Positions 17,530 through 26,605 are shown, counted from the stretch's first letter. The stretch is 62,074 bases of DNA from Ignavibacteria bacterium (GCA_031430615.1 JANPBV010000381.1:1-62074), one strand, 5' to 3'. Program-made: numbers and translations. The notes: generated by a model not told the origin, from the sequence alone.

Positions 17530-17588
17530 TAATTGATAGAATTATTTATCAATTTTAATTTTAAGTAAATTAAAATAATAAAATTTAA

Positions 17589-19037
17589 TTGAACCAGGAA
17601 ATAATTAATATTCTCTACAATTTTCTTCCTGAGCTATCTCTAGCAGTATCGGTAATAATTTTAAATATTTCACAGGGTATTGGTACTAAGAATAAAAGGT
17701 ACAGTTATTATATCTTTGTATCCGGGATATTATTTTCTGCAATATTTTCTATAATGCAGTTATATATCGCTCCGCAGTTGTTATTTAGCGGAGCAATCTC
17801 GGCAGACCATTTCGCATATGGCGGTAGAGTACTTATTACTTCTGCAATGTTAATTATTGCTATGGTGTTTTATGATAAGGATATGTCAGATGAATTCAGC
17901 TTAGTATTAGTTTCAGTAATCGGCGCGTTATTAAGTGTAAGTTCATCGAATCTGTTTGTATTATTTATTTCATTACAGGTTATGATTATCCCTTTATACC
18001 TTATAATACATTATGAAATTAAACCTGCAATAAAGTATTTTATTTTTTCAAGTTTATTTATGGCAGTAATGCTGTACGGCTTTAGTCTGGTATATGGAGT
18101 AACCGGTTCAGGTAATTACATTGAATCGGCTAAATTTCTTTCGTTTAATCCTTACAATAATCTGGTAATGATAATAGCCGTAATACTTGTAACTTCCGGG
18201 TTTGCATTTTTGATCATAGCTGCGCCTTATAATTTAAGTTTTCCATTGCTTGCTGAGGAAATTAAGCTCCCCCACCTTGCGCAATTTGCAGTAATAAATG
18301 TAATGGCAGTAATTCTTGTTATGGCAAGATTTTTCATTACAATTTTTCATGATTCAAACACCTTCATCACAGATGGAGGCCAGTACAATTTAATAACCGG
18401 TGTAAACTGGCAACTAATGCTAGCCGTAATTTCTGCTGTAACAATAATTGCCGGTAACTTTGTAATACTTTGGCAGTATAACCTGAAGAAAATTGTAACA
18501 TATAATATAATTTCACAGTCTGGCTACATGTTATTAGGAATAATCTCAGGTTCACCGGGCGGGATATCAGCAATGATATTTAGTCTTATTGTTTTTGTTA
18601 TTAATTCCATTGGATTACTTTATTGTATCAAATTAATCAGTGTAAAATATAATATAAGTGATATTACCGGATTAAATGGTCTTGGTAAAAATGATAACCT
18701 ACTTTTTCTTTCATTCATATTTTTTCTTTTATCTTCAGCGGGCTTCCCCTTAAACGCAGGATTTACCGGAAAAATTATGTTATATATTTCTCTTGGCACT
18801 AGCTCATATTTTTGGTTAATAGCTGTTGGTATTTTATCTTCAACGGTATTTCTTTACTTCATTTTTAAGTTAAGTATAATAATTTTTTCGGGTAAAAATG
18901 CCCAAAAACCATCAAAAACTGAAACGTTTTCATTGTTTTTACTGTTATTTCTATTGATTCCAAACATATTACTGGGATTTTACTTTGAACCAATATTAGA
19001 TTGGGTGAAATATTGTTCAAATTTCTTTGGGATTTAG
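17589..19037 (+). CDS. NuoN/MrpD-type antiporter-like membrane subunit, divergent
   Basis: 482 aa, ~14 TM. Overall proton-conducting-membrane-transporter topology, with patterns such as LF.LFISLQVM.IPLY and YGFSL.YG.TGS. TTG start. Confidence 0.55.
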   Translation: MNQEIINILYNFLPELSLAVSVIILNISQGIGTKNKRYSYYIFVSGILFSAIFSIMQLYIAPQLLFSGAISADHFAYGGRVLITSAMLIIAMVFYDKDMSDEFSLVLVSVIGALLSVSSSNLFVLFISLQVMIIPLYLIIHYEIKPAIKYFIFSSLFMAVMLYGFSLVYGVTGSGNYIESAKFLSFNPYNNLVMIIAVILVTSGFAFLIIAAPYNLSFPLLAEEIKLPHLAQFAVINVMAVILVMARFFITIFHDSNTFITDGGQYNLITGVNWQLMLAVISAVTIIAGNFVILWQYNLKKIVTYNIISQSGYMLLGIISGSPGGISAMIFSLIVFVINSIGLLYCIKLISVKYNISDITGLNGLGKNDNLLFLSFIFFLLSSAGFPLNAGFTGKIMLYISLGTSSYFWLIAVGILSSTVFLYFIFKLSIIIFSGKNAQKPSKTETFSLFLLLFLLIPNILLGFYFEPILDWVKYCSNFFGI

Positions 19038-19134
19038 CATGTTTGTAACGTATAGGTGGTATTGTTTACATACACCTTTAATAGTATGTTTACTTGTAAA
19101 TTATTCTGTATTTAAACATTAAATATAAAAATTC

Positions 19135-20979
19135 ATGTGTGGTATTGTAGCATATTTAGGTAATAAACAGGCACTTCCTATTATTTTAAGCGGATTGAAG
19201 AAACTTGAATACAGGGGGTATGATTCAGCCGGAGTTGCGCTTATGTTTGATAATGAAATAGCTGTAAGAAAAACCGCAGGCAAGGTTGTTGATCTTGAAA
19301 ATCTTTTAGCTAATAATGGTTATGATCAGAATGCCAGTATTGGATTTGGCCACACACGCTGGGCGACACATGGTGAGCCTAACAACCGTAACGCGCACCC
19401 TATATTTGATGAAGGAAATGAAATTGTTGTAATACATAACGGTATTATAGAAAATTATAACGTACTTAAAACAAGACTTGAGCGCGAAGGCTATCATTTC
19501 ATGACTGATACTGATACTGAGTGTCTTGTTCATTTAATACGCTCTCACTATAAAAATGTTATGGATTTTGAAAAAGCTGTACAGCTTACACTTGCTGAAG
19601 TTGACGGAACTTACGGAATGTGCGTACTTTCAAAAATGGACCCTGATAAGATAATTGCAGCGAGAAAAGGCAGTCCGCTGGTTTTGGGTGTTGGCGATGG
19701 CGAGTTTATTATTGCTTCTGATGCTACTGCGATAATTCCGCATACACGCCAGGTACTCTACCTGATGGATGGTGAGATGGTAATTGTCACAAAAGATAAG
19801 TTTGAAATAAAGACAATTGAAGATGAAAAGATAGAGCGCGAGTTAGAAGAGATCACCTTTGATCTTGAAGAGATTGAAAAAGGCGGATATGAGCATTTTA
19901 TGCTTAAGGAGATCAACGAGCAGCCGGATTCTATCACAAACACAATGCGCGGAAGAATAATAAAAGAAACAGGACTTGTAAAGCTTGGCGGCCTGATGAA
20001 CGTTATAGAAAAATTAAAATTTGCGCCGAGAATAATTATTTCAGCATGCGGTACAGCATGGCATGCCGGACTTGTTGGCGAGTATATGATTGAGCAGATG
20101 TGTAAGATTCCCGTTGAGGTTGAATACGCATCAGAGTTCAGATACCGCAACCCGGTAATTTACCCGAATGATATTATGTTCGTTATCAGCCAGAGCGGTG
20201 AAACGGCAGATACACTCGCAGCGCTTAAGGAAGCTAAATCACGAGGCGCAGAGGTTTACGGAATTGTGAACGTTGTGGGAAGTACTATCGCAAGGGAAAC
20301 ACATGCAGGTATTTTTACACATGCGGGACCCGAAATTGGTGTAGCTTCAACAAAAGCATTTACATCACAGCTTACAGGTCTAGCGTTAATAGCCTTAAAG
20401 ATAGCTCAATACAAGAATTCTCTTACTCATATTGAGATAAAAACTATCACTGATGAGCTTTTGCGCATTCCCGAGAAAATACGAGAAATTTTAACGCTTA
20501 ACGATAAGATACTTGAAATAGCAAAAATATTTAAATACTGCCAGCACATGTTATACCTGGGCAGAGGCTATAACTTCCCTGTTGCACTGGAAGGCGCACT
20601 GAAGCTGAAGGAAATTTCATACATCCACGCTGAGGGTTATCCCGCAGCGGAGATGAAACACGGACCAATTGCTTTAATTGACCAGAACATGCCGGTTATA
20701 GTAATAGCGCCGAAGGATTCGACCTACGAGAAAGTAATTTCAAACATACGCGAAGTTAAGGCAAGAAAAGGTGTTGTAATAACTATTACTGATTTTGATT
20801 CCGATGGACATATTGAAGAACTTTCAGATTACACAATTAAGATACCTCATACACTTGAGATGTTATCACCTATCTTAACTACAATACCGCTGCAGATGTT
20901 AGCCTATCACCTTGCGGTACTAAGAGGCTGTAATGTTGATCAGCCGCGTAACCTTGCGAAAAGTGTTACTGTGGAATAA
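19135..20979 (+). CDS. glmS: Glutamine--fructose-6-phosphate aminotransferase
   Basis: 614 aa; MCGIVAY N-terminal nucleophile; two SIS domains; C-terminal DQPRNLAKSVTVE. Confidence 0.95.
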   Translation: MCGIVAYLGNKQALPIILSGLKKLEYRGYDSAGVALMFDNEIAVRKTAGKVVDLENLLANNGYDQNASIGFGHTRWATHGEPNNRNAHPIFDEGNEIVVIHNGIIENYNVLKTRLEREGYHFMTDTDTECLVHLIRSHYKNVMDFEKAVQLTLAEVDGTYGMCVLSKMDPDKIIAARKGSPLVLGVGDGEFIIASDATAIIPHTRQVLYLMDGEMVIVTKDKFEIKTIEDEKIERELEEITFDLEEIEKGGYEHFMLKEINEQPDSITNTMRGRIIKETGLVKLGGLMNVIEKLKFAPRIIISACGTAWHAGLVGEYMIEQMCKIPVEVEYASEFRYRNPVIYPNDIMFVISQSGETADTLAALKEAKSRGAEVYGIVNVVGSTIARETHAGIFTHAGPEIGVASTKAFTSQLTGLALIALKIAQYKNSLTHIEIKTITDELLRIPEKIREILTLNDKILEIAKIFKYCQHMLYLGRGYNFPVALEGALKLKEISYIHAEGYPAAEMKHGPIALIDQNMPVIVIAPKDSTYEKVISNIREVKARKGVVITITDFDSDGHIEELSDYTIKIPHTLEMLSPILTTIPLQMLAYHLAVLRGCNVDQPRNLAKSVTVE

Positions 20980-21032
20980 GACCCCACCCGCGCAGCACCA
21001 TAGGTGCTGCTTGCCCTCCCCAAAGGGGAGGG
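20980..21032 (+). repeat. GACCCCACCC + double GC-hairpin element directly after the glmS stop
   Basis: gaccccaccc, gcagcacc-ata-ggtgctgc, ccctcccc-aaa-ggggaggg. The first and last modules recur at 60791-60822. Confidence 0.85.
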
Positions 21033-21096
21033 AAGAAAAGAATTATTATTGTTGGAAAATACTGTGTGCGAAACCAGATTTGCAATTAATTGAGAT

Positions 21097-21121
21097 AACC
21101 CGGTGAAAGCCGGGTTTTTTT
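21097..21121 (+). terminator. Intrinsic terminator
   Basis: aacccgg-tgaaag-ccgggtt followed by a T run. Confidence 0.85.
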
Positions 21122-21171
21122 ATGGCTAATTTGGATTAATATTATTATATTATTGACAAATAATCCTATTA

Positions 21172-22692
21172 ATGATGAAAAAAACTTTTCTGCTATTTTT
21201 TTTAGTCATATCAAACATTTTTACTATCAGCCAAATCCAAAAGGAATGGGGAAGAAATTTACCAGGACCCCTTTCAAATGAACACGGTACTTCCGTTACA
21301 CTTGATGCTGATAATAATGTATATGTTGCAGGAATTATAAGTCAATGCGTTGCTATTGCAAAATATAGTCCGGGTGGCAATTTGTTATGGTCAAAGCAAT
21401 CCTATAATTGTATTTTTGATGAAGCAAACCAAATCAGTGTAGATGCAAATGGAAATGTTTACGTAACAGGATCCAAGATCATTCAAACAAGAGATATTTT
21501 TCTGTATAAACTTGCAAGTAATGGAGATTCTCTTTGGTTTAAAACATTTGATTCACCGGGCAGCAATGGTGAGTATCCCTGTGGAATGGTGTTTGACAAC
21601 AATAATAATATCTATTTAACCGGAGTTTCTCTATCTGCCAATTCAATTTTTGTAACTTTAAAATATAATTCATCAGGAGATGTTCTTTGGACAAAAACAT
21701 ACAATATGTTACATACAAATTACTCAACCCCCAATAGTATTTTTAGAGATACAGAAAATAATATTTACGTAATTGGAAGAAGTTCCCCAAATTCTATTGT
21801 AAGGTCGGTAGTTATTCTAAAGTATAACAATTCTGGCACAGAGCTTTGGACTAAATATATAGATACACTAGAGCTTGATCCAAATTCTTCTTGTATTGAT
21901 CTAAATAATAACTTCTATATTACGGGCAACGATCTTAACTACCACTGCAGGACAGTGAAATTATCCAAAGATGGTGTTATTTTATGGTCGAGAACATTCC
22001 CAGGGAATTTGGGGGATATACGAAATGCGGTTTCTTCAAATAATTACTGTTACGTTTCAGCAACTGCAACAGTAAGTTCTCAATATGATATTGTTAGTCT
22101 ATGTTATAATCAAAATGGTTTGTTACAATGGAGTGATACAGTTAATACCAGTGGAGCTGAAAAACCAATTATGATTCAATGTGACAATCAAAATAATGCA
22201 TTGATATTAGGTGATATTTTCGGTCAAATTGGTTTTATAAAATACAATTCTACGGGTCAGCTTTTAACACTATATTCTGATTCAACAGCTGCTAGTTTGG
22301 GTTATGATTTTACTGTTAAAAATAATATTATTGCAGCAACGGGTGAGAGATATTCAAGCACTGGCTACTTCTATACAGCAAAATATTCACAAGTCATAGG
22401 TATTCACCCAATTTCAAATGAAATTCCAGAATCATATTCTTTAAGCCAGAATTATCCCAATCCTTTTAACCCGGCAACAAAGATAAAATTTGAGCTGCCA
22501 AAAGCAGGATTTGTAAAGATTATCATTTATGATGCAGCGGGAAGCGAGATAATTAAACTAGTTAATGATAACTTACAGGCAGGTGTTTTTGAAACGGATT
22601 TTGATGCCTCGCAATATCCAAGTGGTGTATATTTTTACAGACTGGTGACAGAAGAGTTTACTGTAACCAGAAAAATGATATTAATAAAATGA
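21172..22692 (+). CDS. Beta-propeller repeat (SBBP-like) secreted protein with T9SS C-terminal sorting domain
   Basis: Signal peptide; repeated D..NN.YVTG......D....KY...G..LW units; C-terminal SQNYPNPFNPATKIKF...SGVYFYRL CTD. Confidence 0.75.
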   Translation: MMKKTFLLFFLVISNIFTISQIQKEWGRNLPGPLSNEHGTSVTLDADNNVYVAGIISQCVAIAKYSPGGNLLWSKQSYNCIFDEANQISVDANGNVYVTGSKIIQTRDIFLYKLASNGDSLWFKTFDSPGSNGEYPCGMVFDNNNNIYLTGVSLSANSIFVTLKYNSSGDVLWTKTYNMLHTNYSTPNSIFRDTENNIYVIGRSSPNSIVRSVVILKYNNSGTELWTKYIDTLELDPNSSCIDLNNNFYITGNDLNYHCRTVKLSKDGVILWSRTFPGNLGDIRNAVSSNNYCYVSATATVSSQYDIVSLCYNQNGLLQWSDTVNTSGAEKPIMIQCDNQNNALILGDIFGQIGFIKYNSTGQLLTLYSDSTAASLGYDFTVKNNIIAATGERYSSTGYFYTAKYSQVIGIHPISNEIPESYSLSQNYPNPFNPATKIKFELPKAGFVKIIIYDAAGSEIIKLVNDNLQAGVFETDFDASQYPSGVYFYRLVTEEFTVTRKMILIK

Positions 22693-22695
22693 CAA

Positions 22696-23211
22696 ATGTT
22701 TAAAAATATTAAATTATTTCAGATTCTGATCCTTTCCTTATCCATTTCGCAATCAACTTTTTCGCAAAGCTCCGGCACAACATCATGGAAAGATCATAAA
22801 ACCCTGCTTTATACGGGTGCGGGTTTATATAAAGTATTTTCTTTTACAGATAGTAAACAAGGAGAAACTTCCTATATTCTATCAGGTACATTAACATTCA
22901 GACCAAATAAGTATATTTTCTTAAATACCGGGGTTGACTTATACAAACCTGAATTCAGCAGGAAAGTTGTTGTTTCATTGAATTTCATCCCATCGCTGGG
23001 TTTTGAAGCAGATAATGTAATGTTATGTATAGGCGCAGGAGGTGGGTTATATGCCGGAGAAGGCGGTTTGACACTCAGGTTTTTATCAGGGTTTAAAGCA
23101 GGTTATTTCTTCAATAAAAAATATGCCGCTTCAATAGAGATTAAAAGTCCTATATATTATAATTCAGCTGCGGAATTTTTGTTCACAGCAGGGATAATGT
23201 TCGTTTTATAA
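22696..23211 (+). CDS. Putative outer-membrane beta-barrel protein, function unknown
   Basis: 171 aa; signal peptide; alternating hydrophobic strands; aromatic C-terminal end. 3-nt gap from the upstream gene. Confidence 0.4.
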   Translation: MFKNIKLFQILILSLSISQSTFSQSSGTTSWKDHKTLLYTGAGLYKVFSFTDSKQGETSYILSGTLTFRPNKYIFLNTGVDLYKPEFSRKVVVSLNFIPSLGFEADNVMLCIGAGGGLYAGEGGLTLRFLSGFKAGYFFNKKYAASIEIKSPIYYNSAAEFLFTAGIMFVL

Positions 23212-23227
23212 TTTTTGGTTTTGTTAA

Positions 23228-23400
23228 ATATGTGCGACTCCTACGGAGTCGTATTAATTTTTCAGCTTTTTTATAAATGTTCAACTCCTACGGAGTTGTT
23301 AAAAACTATATAATACGCTTCTGACTATATGACCGCAGAGCGGTCAAACATTTATAGAAATTAATACGATATAATCCTCACCCCATAGGGGTGACACATA
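23228..23400 (+). repeat. Four-hairpin array, locus 1 (unit order C-D-A-B)
   Basis: Perfect hairpins cgactcc-tac-ggagtcg (23235), caactcc-tac-ggagttg (23282), gaccgc-aga-gcggtc (23331), tcacccc-ata-ggggtga (23378). Centre spacing 47-48 nt. Confidence 0.9.
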
Positions 23401-23581
23401 ATTTTTTTACAAGGAACGGAATGAGTGCTCAATCTTTCTATCTATGGAATTACTTCGTAAAGGCGTGACGTCACTTCGTTCCTCGCAAAAGTATTTCTTA
23501 GTTTGGGAATATCTTTTACATTCCAAAACCCCGGATTATTCCTTATTTTTGTATTACCACAGTTAATTAAATTATACGAAA

Positions 23582-24085
23582 ATGAAAAATATTAGATATT
23601 TATTACCGGTTTTATTTTTATTTATGGGTTTATCAGTGTATGCACAAATGGATGACGGCAAAAAAGATGGTGAAAAACCCGAACCCAAAGAACTTGTTGA
23701 TGGCACTCTATACGGTGCTGATATTACTGCAGGTTCAACCATACTCACGGTCGCTGATATACTTGCTGATACAGCGGGATATTCAGGCAAAACCGTTGTT
23801 GTTAAAGGGAATATGGCAGAAATTTGCAGAGAAGCCGGATGCTGGACAGTCATAGGTGACGGTACAAGCTATATAAGAGCTATGACGCTGCATAAATTCG
23901 TTATGCCAAAGGATATGGATATAACAGGCAAAGTAGCAGTAGTTGAAGGTGTTTTCGCAGTTAAGGAGCTCACCGAAGAGCAGGCAAGGCATTTTGCAGA
24001 GGAATCAGGTAAAGACCCGAAAACAATTACAGGCCCGCAGAAAATGTACAGGGTTGCAGCGACAGGGATTAAGATACTGAAGTGA
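23582..24085 (+). CDS. DUF4920-like secreted protein
   Basis: 167 aa; signal peptide; GKTVVVKGNMAEICREAGCWTVI motif, remembered from DUF4920 proteins of Bacteroidota. Confidence 0.55.
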   Translation: MKNIRYLLPVLFLFMGLSVYAQMDDGKKDGEKPEPKELVDGTLYGADITAGSTILTVADILADTAGYSGKTVVVKGNMAEICREAGCWTVIGDGTSYIRAMTLHKFVMPKDMDITGKVAVVEGVFAVKELTEEQARHFAEESGKDPKTITGPQKMYRVAATGIKILK

Positions 24086-24123
24086 GACGTGAGATGTGAA
24101 ACGTCAAATGTGAAACGTGAAAC
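24082..24123 (+). repeat. Tandem heptamer tract x6 overlapping the stop codon
   Basis: gtgagac gtgagat gtgaaac gtcaaat gtgaaac gtgaaac. The first unit contains the TGA at 24083-24085. The terminator follows 8 nt later. Confidence 0.9.
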
Positions 24124-24130
24124 GAATTTG

Positions 24131-24153
24131 AGGGGCTGGAAAGCCCCTTTTTT
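24131..24153 (+). terminator. Intrinsic terminator
   Basis: aggggct-ggaa-agcccct followed by T6. Confidence 0.85.
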
Positions 24154-24659
24154 AATAATTGAATTTTTTGCGAGGCGTTTTTTAGCCGAAGCAATCTCAT
24201 ATTGGATATAGAAAGAAATTAGATTTCGTACATATGGGCGATTGTAGTAATTACTTTCTGGATACCTTTCATCACTTCGTTCTGCAAGGCGTACCCGCCT
24301 TCGCCTTAGAAACAAGGCAAGCAGGTATGACATAAGACGGGGCTGTTGAGCCCATTTTTATTGTACCAATTAAGAGCATCAGGCAAGCCTTGACGCCTAC
24401 AACTTATTCCCCTCTTGAGAACTTGCACCATCAGTCAGGTGGGTGGACGTCCCAAGTACTCGGGACGGACGGGGTGTGTTATGTTTTTTTTGCGAGTAGC
24501 ATTAAAGACGATACAATCTCAAGAATTTTGTGATAATCTATGGGATTCTTTCGCTTCGCTCGCAAATGATTAATTGGTATAAAAAAAGGAACGCTCGAGA
24601 GCGTTCCCTACAAATTATATATTGAATAGATTCCCGCATACGCGGGAATGACACAACCT

Positions 24660-26453
24660 TTACTTAGCGAAAGTGAATTTCACTGTTTTGGTTTCGGTTC
24701 CCCTCATAAATGTTACCTCTGAATCTTCGCCGGGTTTGAATTTACTAAGAGCATCAGTGTAATCATATATGTTCTTAATTTCATATTGCCCCAGTTTTGT
24801 GATAACATCACCTGCCTGCAAGCCTGCTTTTTCAGCTACACCGCCTGATTTAACGCCTGTGATTTCAAGGCCCTCTTTTGTGCTTGAGTAATCAGGTATT
24901 ACACCAAGAGTTACACGGAAACCCATATTGGTTTCTTTCTTTTCTTCTGTAACTTTGATGAAATCAATTTTACCCGGTAGTTTATCAATATAGTTTATAA
25001 TGCCAACAACCATGTTAAGTACTTTTGCTTCGCCATCAGCATTGATGAACTGCCAGTCATCACTTGGTTTGTGGTAATCTTTATGCAATCCGGTAAAGAA
25101 AAATAACACGGGAATATCCTTTGCATAAAAGCTTGCATGGTCGCTTGGTCCATAGCCATCTTTATTATACGCAGCAGAAAAATTATAGGTTTTGTTTAGT
25201 GAATCAAGCAAACCCTGCCAGATTGATGAAGTTCCGGTACCGCCAATAGTTAGTTTATTATCAGTAAGCCTTCCAACCATATCAAGATTTATCATTGATA
25301 CAACATTATACTTTTTCATTAATTCACTTTTGGTAAAGTATGCTGAACCAATTAACCCTGCTTCTTCACCACTGAATGTCATAAATATTATACTGCGCTT
25401 CAGGTCTTTTTTCTTTGATGAATAGTATTGTGCCAGCTCAAGTATACCTGCAACGCCGGATGCATTATCATCAGCTCCGTTGTGAATTTCGGCTACATGG
25501 CTTTCATGTAATGAGCCGTATTTTAAGCCATCACCTAAATGATCCATATGAGCGCCTATTACGATATATTCATTCTTAAGAACCGGGTCTTTACCTTCTA
25601 TCATTCCAATGATATTATTGGTATTTGCTTTTATTCGTTCAAGATCAGTTTTAAGTTCTGCCATTCCCCCCCAAAACTCAAATGATTGCGGTACTCTTAG
25701 GCTATCAATAGATTTCTGAATTTCAGATAATGTCAGCTTTTTCTGATTTGTGAAAATGTATTCAACATAACTGCGTTTAACATTCATTACCGGTATACCT
25801 AAATTCTCACCGGGACCTGACATTCTGAGTTTTACAAGCTCCTCTTCACCGCTTTCGGGTCCTTTAATCACTATAATTCCCGTAGCACCCTGCTCTTTAG
25901 CAGCCGCACATTTTATACGCAGTCTTTCATATTTACTGAAAGGATTATCATGTGGTGTGTTATAGCCTGGTGAATACATCATCAACAATGCAATTTTGCC
26001 TTTAAGGTCAATGCCCGTATAATCGTTGTAATTAAGTTCAGGCGCGTTAATGCCATAGCCTACAAATACTATATTACCACTTGCTGTGCCATTTGATGAG
26101 AGATAAACGGGGGTGAATTCTTCACCAGCTCCCTTAATTTGCTCACCATTGCCAATTGAAAGTGAGTTACCTGAGCCAAGCTTTATTTCACTAATGTAAT
26201 CAAATGGCTGTTTGAAGCCATCTTCACCCGCAGGTTTAATTTTATATTCCTCAAACTCGTTGATAATATACTCTTCGGTCAGCCTGTCACCATCTGTCCC
26301 GGGAAAGCGTCCTGCAAGTTCATCACTGGAAAGATATTTGATATGGTCGGATACTTCGCCTGATGTTATCTTTGGCGTTTTATCAGATGGTGATATAGCT
26401 GCAAATGTTGCAATTAAAACTGCTGATAAGAAAATTTTTAAAGTAAGCTTCAT
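24660..26453 (-). CDS. M28-family metallopeptidase with PA domain and C-terminal PDZ domain
   Basis: 597 aa; signal peptide; HMDHLGDG, DDNASGVAG, SGEEAGLIGS, NLDMVG, SDHASFY zinc-site motifs; C-terminal GVAEKAGLQAGDVITKLG PDZ. Confidence 0.85.
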   Translation of the reverse strand: MKLTLKIFLSAVLIATFAAISPSDKTPKITSGEVSDHIKYLSSDELAGRFPGTDGDRLTEEYIINEFEEYKIKPAGEDGFKQPFDYISEIKLGSGNSLSIGNGEQIKGAGEEFTPVYLSSNGTASGNIVFVGYGINAPELNYNDYTGIDLKGKIALLMMYSPGYNTPHDNPFSKYERLRIKCAAAKEQGATGIIVIKGPESGEEELVKLRMSGPGENLGIPVMNVKRSYVEYIFTNQKKLTLSEIQKSIDSLRVPQSFEFWGGMAELKTDLERIKANTNNIIGMIEGKDPVLKNEYIVIGAHMDHLGDGLKYGSLHESHVAEIHNGADDNASGVAGILELAQYYSSKKKDLKRSIIFMTFSGEEAGLIGSAYFTKSELMKKYNVVSMINLDMVGRLTDNKLTIGGTGTSSIWQGLLDSLNKTYNFSAAYNKDGYGPSDHASFYAKDIPVLFFFTGLHKDYHKPSDDWQFINADGEAKVLNMVVGIINYIDKLPGKIDFIKVTEEKKETNMGFRVTLGVIPDYSSTKEGLEITGVKSGGVAEKAGLQAGDVITKLGQYEIKNIYDYTDALSKFKPGEDSEVTFMRGTETKTVKFTFAK

Positions 26454-26482
26454 GATATTTAAATTTATATTAAAACTTTATT

Positions 26483-26523
26483 AGTTGTTGGTGAACTGCC
26501 GGGCAGTCGTGGCACCAACAACT
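26483..26523. repeat. GTTGTTGGTG...CACCAACAAC inverted-repeat element (copy 3)
   Basis: agttgttggtg-aactgccgggcagtcgtgg-caccaacaact then gg, 30 nt upstream of the M28 start (minus strand). Confidence 0.85.
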
Positions 26524-26573
26524 GGGAAAATGTGCAACTCCTATTGAGTTGATGAAAAAATTAACTACAAGCA

Positions 26574-26605
26574 GCATTGACACAGTCAATGCACTCCAAA
26601 AAAAG
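26574..26605 (+). repeat. GCATTGAC/GTCAATGC hairpin + TCCAAAAAAAG element
   Basis: gcattgac-aca-gtcaatgc-actccaaaaaaag. Related copy at 42429-42473. Confidence 0.7.

Noticed and set aside
17531-17554. The inverted repeat aattgata-(8 nt)-tatcaatt upstream of the NuoN-like gene as an FNR-type site.
   Set aside because: The half-sites are right (TTGAT/ATCAA) but the spacing is 10 rather than 4. It is AT-rich and a single occurrence, so it is left unassigned.
19038-19134. A glmS ribozyme/riboswitch upstream of glmS.
   Set aside because: The leader is only ~97 nt and AT-rich, with no conserved ribozyme core. The element is also not expected in this lineage.
23228-23400. A mini CRISPR array: ~17-nt palindromic repeats with ~30-nt spacers. 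The same layout occurs at 43244-43405 and 46037-46200.
   Set aside because: The four repeats within an array are different sequences. The spacers are conserved between loci 2 and 3. There are only four units per locus, and no cas genes or leader are present.
23869-24333. A 154-aa minus-strand ORF.
   Set aside because: It overlaps the 3' end of the DUF4920-like gene, the heptamer tract, the terminator and dispersed repeats. It is Arg/Ser-rich junk.
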